Shown here: piece after piece, positions 48,480-58,800 of the stretch
How positions within the stretch are numbered: the stretch's first letter is position 1
Layout: every line of letters begins with the position of its first letter
From: Eledone cirrhosa
Taxonomy: Eukaryota
NCBI GenBank assembly: GCA_964016885.1
Contig: OZ024744.1
Location: forward strand, 127,286,001-127,350,000
Reading direction: 5' to 3'
DNA length: 64,000 nt
Notes under the pieces: generated by a model
The model's input: only the letters and a program-made list of their open reading frames with translations
Databases searched by the model: none
What the model was told of the DNA's origin: nothing
Made by a program: the position numbers and the translations under genes

Positions 48480-51400
48480 GTTAAATTAAGTTGGGGTTAA
48501 GTTAAGTTGGGGTTAAGTTAATTTGGGGTTAAGTTAAGTTGGGGTTAAGTTAAGTTTGGGTTAAGTTAAGTTGGGGTTAAGTTAAGTTGGGGTTAAATTA
48601 AGTTGGGGTTCAGTTAAGTTGGGGTTAAGTTAAGTTGGGGTTAAGTTAAGTTGGGGTTAGTTAAGTTGGGGTTAAGTTAAGTTGGGGTTAAGTTAAGTTG
48701 GGGTTAAGTTAAGTTGGGGTTAAGTTAAGTTGGCGTTAAGTTAAGTTGGGGTTAAGTTAAGTTGGGGTTAATTTAAGTTGGGGTTAAGATAAGGTGTGGT
48801 TAAGTTAAGTTGGGGGTGTAAGTTAAGTTGGGGTTAAGTTAAGTTGGGGTTCAGTTCAGTTGGGGTTAAGTTAAGTTGGGGTTAATTTAAGTTGGGGTTG
48901 AGGTAATTTGGGTTTAAGTTAAGTTGGGCTTAACTTAAGTTGGGGTTAAGTTGGGGTTAAGTTAAGTTGGGGTTAAGTTAAGTTGGGGGTAAGTTAAGTT
49001 GGGGGCAAGTTAAGTTGGGGTTAATTTAAGTTGGGGTTAAGTTAAGTTGGGGTTATGTTAAGTTGGGGTTATGTTAAGTTGGGGTTAAGTTAAGTTGGGG
49101 TTAAGTTAAGTTGGGGGTAAGTTAAGTTGATGGTAAGTTAAGTTGGGGTTAAGTTAAGTTGGGGTTAAGTTAAGTTGGGGGTAAGATAAGTTGGGGCTAA
49201 GTTAAGTTGGGCTTAACTTAAGTTGGGGTTAAGTTGGGGTTAATTTAAGTTGGGGTTAAGGTAAGTTGGGGTTAAGTTAAGTTGGGGCTAAGTTAAGTTG
49301 GGGCTAAGTTAAGTTGGGGCTGAGTTAAGTTGGGGTTAAGTTGGGGTTGAGTTAAGTTGGGGTTAAGTTAAGTTGGGGTTAACTTAAGTTGGGGTTAAGT
49401 TAAGATGGGGTTAAGTTAAGATGGGGTTAAGTTAAGTTGGGGGTAAGTTAAGTTGGGGGTAAGTTAAGTTGGCGTTAAGTTAAGTTGGGGTTAAGTTAAG
49501 TTGGGTTTAAGTTAAGTTGGGGCTAAGTTAAGTTGGGGCTAAGTTAAGTTGGGGCTGAGTTAGTTTGGGGTTGAGTTAAGTTGGGGTTAACTTAAGTTGG
49601 GGTTAAGTTGGGGTTAAGTTAAGTTGGGGGTTAGTTAAGTTGGGGGCAAGTTAAGTTGGGGTTAATTTAAGTTGGGGTTAAGTTAAGTTGGGGTTCAATT
49701 AAGTTGGGGGTAAGTTAAGTTGGGGGTAAGTTAAGTTGGGGTTAAGTTAAGTTGGGGTTCAATTAAGTTGGGGGTAAGTTAAGTTGGGGGTAAGTTAAGT
49801 TGGGGTTAAGTTAAGTTGGGGTTAAATTAAGTTGAGGTTAAGTTAAGTTGGGGTTAAGTTAAGTTGGGGTTAAGTTCGGGTTGGGGTTAAGATAAGTTGG
49901 GGCTAAGTTCAGTTGGGGCTAAGTCAAGTTGGGGTTAAGTCAAGTTGAGGTTAACTTAAGTTGGGGTTAAGTTAAGTTGGGGTTAAGTTAAGTTGGGGTT
50001 AAGGTAAGTTGGGGTTATGTTAAGTTGGGGCTAAGTTAAGTTGGGGCTAAGTTAAGTTGGGGCTAAGTTAAGTTGGGGCTGAGTTAAGTTGGGGTTAAGT
50101 TAAGTTGGGGTTGAGTTAAGTTGGGGTTAAGTTAAGTTGGGATTAAGTTAAGTTGGGGTTAAGTTAAGTTCGGCTTGAGTTAAGTTGGGGTTAAGTTAAG
50201 TTGGGGTTAATTTAAGTTGGGGTTAAGTTAAGTTGGGGGTAAGTTAAGTTGGGTGTAAGTTAAGTTGGGGTTAAGTTAAGTTGGGGTTCAGTTCAGTTGG
50301 GGTTAAGTTAAGTTGGGGTTAAGTTAAGTTGGGGTTAAGTTAAGTTGGGGTTAAGTTAAGTTGGGGGTAAGTTAAGTTGGGGGCAAGTTAAGTTGGGGTT
50401 AATTTAAGTTGGGGTTAAGTTAAGTTGGGGTTATGTTAAGTTGGGGTTAAGTTAAGTTGGGGTTAAGTTAAGTTGGGGTTAAGTTAAGTTGGGGTTAAGG
50501 TAAGTTGGGGTTAAGTTAAGTTGGGGCTAAGTTAAGTTGGGGCTAAGTTAAGTTGGGGCTGAGTTAAGTTGGGGTTAAGTTGGGGTTGAGTTAAGTTGGG
50601 GTTAAGTTAAGTTGGGGTTAACTTAAGTTGGGGTTAAGTTAAGATGGGGTTAAGTTAAGTTGGGGGTAAGTTAAGTTGGGGGTAAGTTAAGTTGGCGTTA
50701 AGTTAAGTTGGGGTTAAGTTAAGTTGGGTTTAAGTTAAGTTGGGGCTAAGTTAAGTTGGGGCTAAGTTAAGTTGGGGCTGAGTTAAGTTGGGGTTGAGTT
50801 AAGTTGGGGTTAACTTAAGTTGGGGTTAAGTTGGGGTTAAGTTAAGTTGGGGGTTAGTTAAGTTGGGGGCAATTAAGTTGGGGTTAATTTAAGTTGGGGT
50901 TAAGTTAAGTTGGGGTTATGTTAAGTTGGGGTTAAGTTAAGTTGGGGTTAAGTTAAGTTGGGGGTAAGTTAACTGGGGTTAAGTTAAGTTGGGGGTAAGT
51001 TAAGTTGAGGCTAAGTTAAGTTGGGGTTAAGTTAAGTTGGGGTTCAATTAAGTTGGGGGTAAGTTAAGTTGGGGGTAAGTTAAGTTGGGGTTAAGTTAAG
51101 TTGGGGTTAAATTAAGTTGAGGTTAAGTTAAGTTGGGGTTAAGTTAAGTTGGGGTTAAGTTAAGTTGGGGTTAAGATAAGTTGGGGCTAAGTTCAGTTGG
51201 GGCTAAGTCAAGTTGAGGTTAACTTAAGTTGGGGTTAAGTTAAGTTGGGGTTAAGTTAAGTTGGGGTTAATTTAAGTTGGGGTTATGTTAAGTTGGGGCT
51301 AAGTTTAAGTTTGGGCTAAGTTAAGTTGGGGTTAAGTTAAGTTGGGGGTAAGTTAAGTTGGGTGTAAGTTAAGTTGGGGTTAAGTTAAGTTGGGGTTCAG

Positions 51401-54400
51401 TTCAGTTGGGGTTAAGTTAAGTTGGGGTTAAGTTAAGTTGGGGTTAAGTTAAGTTGGGGGTAAGTTAAGTTGGGGGCAAGTTAAGTTGGGGTTAATTTAA
51501 GTTGGGGTTAAGTTAAGTTGGGGTTATGTTAAGTTGGGGTTAAGTTAAGTTGGGGTTAAGTTAAGTTGGGGGTAACTTAAGTTGGGGTTAAGTTAAGTTG
51601 GGGTTAAGTTAAGTTGAGGGTAAGTTAAGTTGAGGGTAAGTTAAGTTGAGGTTAAGTTAAGTTGGGGTTAAGTTAAGTTGGGGGTAAGTTAAGTTGGGGG
51701 TAAGTTAAGTTGGGGTTAAGTTAAGTTGGGGTTAAATTAAGTTGAGGTTAAGTTAATTTGGGGTTAAGTTGGGGTTAAGTTAAGTTGGGGGTAAGATAAG
51801 TTGGGGCTAAGTTAAGTTGGGGCTAAGTCAAGTTGGGGTTAAGTCAAGTTGAGGTTAACTTAAGTTGGGGTTAAGTTAAGTTGGGGTTAAGTTAAGTTGG
51901 GGCTAAGTTAAGTTGGGGCTAAGTTAAGTTGGGGCTGAGTTAAGTTGGGGTTAAGTTAAGTTGGGGTTAAGTTAAGTTAGGGTTAATTTCAGTTGGGGTT
52001 ATGTTAAGTTGGGGTTAAGTTAAAGTTGAGGTTAAGTTAAGTTGGGGTAAAGTTAAGTTAGGGTTAAGTTAAGTTGGGGTTAAGTTAAGTTGGGCTTAAA
52101 TTAAGTTGGGGTTAAGTTAAGTTGGGGTTAAATTAAGTTGGGGTTAAGTTAAGTTGGGGTTAAGTTAATTTGGGGTTAAGTTAAGTTGGGGTTAAGTTAA
52201 GTTTGGGTTAAGTTAAGTTGGGGTTAAGTTAAGTTGGGGTTAAATTAAGTTGGGGTTCAGTTAAGTTGGGGTTAAGTTAAGTTGGGGTTAAGTTAAGTTG
52301 GGGTTAGTTAAGTTGGGGTTAAGTTAAGTTGGGGTTAAGTTAAGTTGGGGTTAAGTTAAGTTGGGGTTAAGTTAAGTTGGCGTTAAGTTAAGTTGGGGTT
52401 AAGTTAAGTTGGGGTTAATTTAAGTTGGGGTTAAGATAAGGTGTGGTTAAGTTAAGTTGGGGGTGTAAGTTAAGTTGGGGTTAAGTTAAGTTGGGGTTCA
52501 GTTCAGTTGGGGTTAAGTTAAGTTGGGGTTAAGTTAAGCTGGGGGTAAGTTAAGTTGGGGTTAAGTTAAGTTGGGGTTAAGTTAAGTTGGGGTTAAGTTA
52601 AGTTGGGGTTAAGTTAAGTTGGGGTTAATTTAAGTTGGGGTTGAGGTAATTTGGGTTTAAGTTAAGTTGGGCTTAACTTAAGTTGGGGTTAAGTTGGGGT
52701 TAAGTTAAGTTGGGGTTAAGTTAAGTTGGGGGTAAGTTAAGTTGGGGGCAAGTTAAGTTGGGGTTAATTTAAGTTGGGGTTAAGTTAAGTTGGGGTTATG
52801 TTAAGTTGGGGTTATGTTAAGTTGGGGTTAAGTTAAGTTGGGGTTAAGTTAAGTTGGGGGTAAGTTAAGTTGATGGTAAGTTAAGTTGGGGTTAAGTTAA
52901 GTTGGGGTTAAGTTAAGTTGGGGGTAAGATAAGTTGGGGCTAAGTTAAGTTGGGCTTAACTTAAGTTGGGGTTAAGTTGGGGTTAATTTAAGTTGGGGTT
53001 AAGGTAAGTTGGGGTTAAGTTAAGTTGGGGCTAAGTTAAGTTGGGGCTAAGTTAAGTTGGGGCTGAGTTAAGTTGGGGTTAAGTTGGGGTTGAGTTAAGT
53101 TGGGGTTAAGTTAAGTTGGGGTTAACTTAAGTTGGGGTTAAGTTAAGATGGGGTTAAGTTAAGATGGGGTTAAGTTAAGTTGGGGGTAAGTTAAGTTGGG
53201 GGTAAGTTAAGTTGGCGTTAAGTTAAGTTGGGGTTAAGTTAAGTTGGGTTTAAGTTAAGTTGGGGCTAAGTTAAGTTGGGGCTAAGTTAAGTTGGGGCTG
53301 AGTTAGTTTGGGGTTGAGTTAAGTTGGGGTTAACTTAAGTTGGGGTTAAGTTGGGGTTAAGTTAAGTTGGGGGTTAGTTAAGTTGGGGGCAAGTTAAGTT
53401 GGGGTTAATTTAAGTTGGGGTTAAGTTAAGTTGGGGTTCAATTAAGTTGGGGGTAAGTTAAGTTGGGGGTAAGTTAAGTTGGGGTTAAGTTAAGTTGGGG
53501 TTCAATTAAGTTGGGGGTAAGTTAAGTTGGGGGTAAGTTAAGTTGGGGTTAAGTTAAGTTGGGGTTAAATTAAGTTGAGGTTAAGTTAAGTTGGGGTTAA
53601 GTTAAGTTGGGGTTAAGTTCGGGTTGGGGTTAAGATAAGTTGGGGCTAAGTTCAGTTGGGGCTAAGTCAAGTTGGGGTTAAGTCAAGTTGAGGTTAACTT
53701 AAGTTGGGGTTAAGTTAAGTTGGGGTTAAGTTAAGTTGGGGTTAAGGTAAGTTGGGGTTATGTTAAGTTGGGGCTAAGTTAAGTTGGGGCTAAGTTAAGT
53801 TGGGGCTAAGTTAAGTTGGGGCTGAGTTAAGTTGGGGTTAAGTTAAGTTGGGGTTGAGTTAAGTTGGGGTTAAGTTAAGTTGGGATTAAGTTAAGTTGGG
53901 GTTAAGTTAAGTTCGGCTTGAGTTAAGTTGGGGTTAAGTTAAGTTGGGGTTAATTTAAGTTGGGGTTAAGTTAAGTTGGGGGTAAGTTAAGTTGGGTGTA
54001 AGTTAAGTTGGGGTTAAGTTAAGTTGGGGTTCAGTTCAGTTGGGGTTAAGTTAAGTTGGGGTTAAGTTAAGTTGGGGTTAAGTTAAGTTGGGGTTAAGTT
54101 AAGTTGGGGGTAAGTTAAGTTGGGGGCAAGTTAAGTTGGGGTTAATTTAAGTTGGGGTTAAGTTAAGTTGGGGTTATGTTAAGTTGGGGTTAAGTTAAGT
54201 TGGGGTTAAGTTAAGTTGGGGTTAAGTTAAGTTGGGGTTAAGGTAAGTTGGGGTTAAGTTAAGTTGGGGCTAAGTTAAGTTGGGGCTAAGTTAAGTTGGG
54301 GCTGAGTTAAGTTGGGGTTAAGTTGGGGTTGAGTTAAGTTGGGGTTAAGTTAAGTTGGGGTTAACTTAAGTTGGGGTTAAGTTAAGATGGGGTTAAGTTA

Positions 54401-55870
54401 AGTTGGGGGTAAGTTAAGTTGGGGGTAAGTTAAGTTGGCGTTAAGTTAAGTTGGGGTTAAGTTAAGTTGGGTTTAAGTTAAGTTGGGGCTAAGTTAAGTT
54501 GGGGCTAAGTTAAGTTGGGGCTGAGTTAAGTTGGGGTTGAGTTAAGTTGGGGTTAACTTAAGTTGGGGTTAAGTTGGGGTTAAGTTAAGTTGGGGGTTAG
54601 TTAAGTTGGGGGCAATTAAGTTGGGGTTAATTTAAGTTGGGGTTAAGTTAAGTTGGGGTTATGTTAAGTTGGGGTTAAGTTAAGTTGGGGTTAAGTTAAG
54701 TTGGGGGTAAGTTAACTGGGGTTAAGTTAAGTTGGGGGTAAGTTAAGTTGAGGCTAAGTTAAGTTGGGGTTAAGTTAAGTTGGGGTTCAATTAAGTTGGG
54801 GGTAAGTTAAGTTGGGGGTAAGTTAAGTTGGGGTTAAGTTAAGTTGGGGTTAAATTAAGTTGAGGTTAAGTTAAGTTGGGGTTAAGTTAAGTTGGGGTTA
54901 AGTTAAGTTGGGGTTGAGATAAGTTGGGGCTAAGTTCAGTTGGGGCTAAGTCAAGTTGAGGTTAACTTAAGTTGGGGTTAAGTTAAGTTGGGGTTAAGTT
55001 AAGTTGGGGTTAATTTAAGTTGGGGTTATGTTAAGTTGGGGCTAAGTTAAGTTGGGGCTAAGTTAAGTTGGGGTTAAGTTAAGTTGGGGGTAAGTTAAGT
55101 TGGGTGTAAGTTAAGTTGGGGTTAAGTTAAGTTGGGGTTCAGTTCAGTTGGGGTTAAGTTAAGTTGGGGTTAAGTTAAGTTGGGGTTAAGTTAAGTTGGG
55201 GGTAAGTTAAGTTGGGGGCAAGTTAAGTTGGGGTTAATTTAAGTTGGGGTTAAGTTAAGTTGGGGTTATGTTAAGTTGGGGTTAACTTAAGTTGGGGTTA
55301 AGTTAAGTTGGGGGTAACTTAAGTTGGGGTTAAGTTAAGTTGGGGTTAAGTTAAGTTGAGGGTAAGTTAAGTTGAGGGTAAGTTAAGTTGAGGTTAAGTT
55401 AAGTTGGGGTTAAGTTAAGTTGGGGGTAAGTTAAGTTGGGGGTAAGTTAAGTTGGGGTTAAGTTAAGTTGGGGTTAAATTAAGTTGAGGTTAAGTTAATT
55501 TGGGGTTAAGTTGGGGTTAAGTTAAGTTGGGGGTAAGATAAGTTGGGGCTAAGTTAAGTTGGGGCTAAGTCAAGTTGGGGTTAAGTCAAGTTGAGGTTAA
55601 CTTAAGTTGGGGTTAAGTTAAGTTGGGGTTAAGTTAAGTTGGGGCTAAGTTAAGTTGGGGCTAAGTTAAGTTGGGGCTGAGTTAAGTTGGGGTTAAGTTA
55701 AGTTGGGGTTAAGTTAAGTTAGGGTTAATTTCAGTTGGGGTTATGTTAAGTTGGGGTTAAGTTAAAGTTGAGGTTAAGTTAAGTTGGGGTAAAGTTAAGT
55801 TAGGGTTAAGTTAAGTTGGGGTTAAGTTAAGTTGGGCTTAAATTAAGTTGGGGTTAAGTTAAGTTGGGGT
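48480..55870 (+). repeat. ~3.7-kb tandem duplication (~48480-52125 matches ~52126-55870), related to the block beginning at ~15.4 kb
   Basis: TAAGTTTGGG 48557/52204 and GATAAGGTGTGG 48788/52435 (offset 3,647). TAAGTTCGGGTTGGGG 49877/53620 and private GGGGGCAATTAAG 50870/54613 (offset 3,743). Confidence 0.85.
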
Positions 55871-58800
55871 TAAGTTAAGTTGGGGTTAAATTAAGTTGGG
55901 GTTCAGTTAAGTTGGGGTTAAATTAAGTTGGGGTTAAGTTAAGTTGGGGTTAGTTAAGTTGGGGTTAAGTTAAGTTGGCGTTAAGTTAAGTTGGGGTTAA
56001 GTTAAGTTGGGGTTAAGTTAAGTTGGGGTTAAGTTAAGTTGGGGTTAAGTTAAGTTGGGGTTAAATTAAGTTGGGGTTCAGTTAAGTTGGGGTTAAGTTA
56101 AGTTGGGGTTAAGTTAAGTTGGGGTTAGTTAAGTTGGGGTTAAGTTAAGTTGGGGTTAAGTTAAGTTGGGGTTAAGTTAAGTTGGGGTTAAGTTAAGTTG
56201 GGGTTAAGTTAAGTTGGCGTTAAGTTAAGTTGGGGTTAAGTTAAGTTGGGGTTAATTTAAGTTGGGGTTAAGATAAGGTGTGGTTAAGTTAAGTTGGGGG
56301 TAAGTTAAGTTGGGTGTAAGTTAAGTTGGGGTTAAGTTAAGTTGGGGTTCAGTTCAGTTGGGGTTAAGTTAAGTTGGGGTTAAGTTAAGCTGGGGGTAAG
56401 TTAAGTTGGGGTTAAGTTAAGTTGGGGTTAAGTTAAGTTGGGGTTAAGTTAAGTTGGGGTTAAGTTAAGTTGGGGTTAAGTTAAGTTGGAGTTAAGTTAA
56501 GTTGGGGTTAAGCTAAGTTGGGGTTCAGTTAAGTTGGGGTTAAGTTAATTTGGGGCTGAGTTAAGTTGGGGTTAAGTTAAGTTCGGGTTGAGTTAAGTTG
56601 GGGTTAAGTTAAGTTGGGGTTAAGTTAAGTTGGGGTTAAGTTAAGTTGGGGTTAAGATAAGTTGGGGTTAAGTTAAGTTGGGGTTAATTTAAGTTGGGGT
56701 TGAGGTAATTTGGGTTTAAGTTAAGTTGGGCTTAACTTAAGTTGGGGTTAAGTTGGGGTTAAGTTAAGTTGGGGTTAAGTTAAGTTGGGGTTAAGTTAAG
56801 TTGGGTTTAAGTTAAGTTGGGGCTAAGTTAAGTTGGGGCTAAGTTAAGTTGGGGCTGAGTTAAGTTGGGGTTAACTTAAGTTGGGGTTAAGTTGGGGTTA
56901 AGTTAAGTTGGGGTTAAATTAAGTTGGGGGTTAGTTAAGTTGGGGCAAGTTAAGTTGGGGTTAATTTAAGTTGGGGTTAAGTTAAGTTGAGGTTAAATTA
57001 AGTTGGGGTTAAGTTAAGTTGGGGTTGAGGTAAGTTGGGGTTATGTTAAGTTGGGGCTAAGTTAAGTTGGGGCTAAGTTAAGTTGGGGCTGAGTTAAGTT
57101 GGGGTTAAGTTAAGTTGGGGTTGAGTTAAGTTGGGGTTAAGTTAAGTTGGGATTAAGTTAAGTTGGGGTTAAGTTAAGTTCGGCTTGAGTTAAGTTGGGG
57201 TTAAGTTAAGTTGGGGTTAATTTAAGTTGGGGTTAAGTTAAGTTGGGGTTAAGATAAGTTGGGGTTAAGTTAAGTTGGGGTTAAGTTAAGTTTGGGTTGA
57301 GTTAATTTGGGGTTAAGTTAAGTTGGGGTTAACTTAAGTTGGGGTTAAGTTGGGGTTAAGTTAAGTTGGGGGTAGGTTAAGTTGGGGATAAGTTAAGTTG
57401 GGGGTAAGTTAAGTCGGGGTTAAGTTAAGTTGGGGGTAAGTTAAGTCGGGGTTAAGTTAAGTTGGGGTTAAGTTAAGTTGGGGTTAAGTTAAGTTGGGGG
57501 TAAGTTAAGTCGGGGTTAAGTTAAGTTGGGGTTAAGTTAAGTTGGGTTTAAGTTAAGTTGGGGCTAAGTTAAGTTGGGGCTAAGTTAAGTTGGGGCTGAG
57601 TTAAGTTGGGGGTAAGTTAAGTTGGGTGTAAGTTAAGTTGGGGTTAAGTTAAGTTGGGGTTCAGTTCAGTTGGGGTTAAGTTAAGTTGGGGTTAAGTTAA
57701 GCTGGGGTTAAGTTAAGTTGGGGTTAAGTTAAGTTGGGGTTAAGTTAAGTTGGGGTTAAGTTAAGTTGGGGTTGAGTTAAGTTGGGGTTGAGTTAAGTTG
57801 GGGTTAAGTTAAGTTGGGGTTAAGTTAAGTTGGGGTTAAGTTAAGTTGGGGGTAAGTTAAGTTGGGGGCAAGTTAAGTTGGGGTTAAGTTAAGTTGGGGT
57901 TAAGTTAAGTTGGGGTTAAGTTAAGTTAGGGTTAATTTCAGTTGGGGTTATGTTAAGTTGGCGTTAGGTTAAGTTGGGGTTAAGTTAAAGTTGGGGTTAA
58001 GTTAAGTTGGGGTAAAGTTAAGTTAGGGTTAAATTAAGTTGGGGTTCAGTTAAGTTGGGGTTAAATTAAGTTGGGGTTAAGTTAAGTTGGGGTTAGTTAA
58101 GTTGGGGTTAAGTTAAGTTGGGGTTAAATTAAGTTGGGGTTAAGTTAAGTTGGGGTTAAGTTAAGTTGGGGTTAAGTTAAGTTGGCGTTAAGTTAAGTTG
58201 GGGTTAAGTTAAGTTGGGGTTAAGTTAAGTTGGGGTTAAGTTAAGTTGGGGTTAAGTTAAGTTGGGGTTAAGTTAAGTTGGGGTTAAGTCAAGTTGGGGT
58301 TAAGTCAAGTTGGGGTTAAGTTAAGTTGGGGTTAAGTTAAGTTGGGGTTAAGTTAAGTTGGGGTTAAGTTAAGTTGGGGGTAAGTTAAGTTGGGTGTAAG
58401 TTAAGTTGGGGTTAAGTTAAGTTGGGGTTCAGTTCAGTTGGGGTTAAGTTAAGTTGGGGTTAAGTTAAGCTGGGGGTAAGTTAAGCTGGGGGTAAGTTAA
58501 GTTGGGGTTAAGTTAAGTTGGGGTTAAGTTAAGTTGGGGTTAAGTTAAGTTGGGGTTAAGTTAAGTTGGAGTTAAGTTAAGTTGGGGTTAAGCTAAGTTG
58601 GGGTTCAGTTAAGTTGGGGTTAAGTTAATTTGGGGCTGAGTTAAGTTGGGGTTAAGTTAAGTTCGGGTTGAGTTAAGTTGGGGGTAAGTTAAGTTGGGGT
58701 TAAGTTAAGTTGGGGTTAAGTTAAGTTGGGGTTAAGATAAGTTGGGGTTAAGTTAAGTTGGGGTTAATTTAAGTTGGGGTTGAGTTAATTTGGGTTTAAG

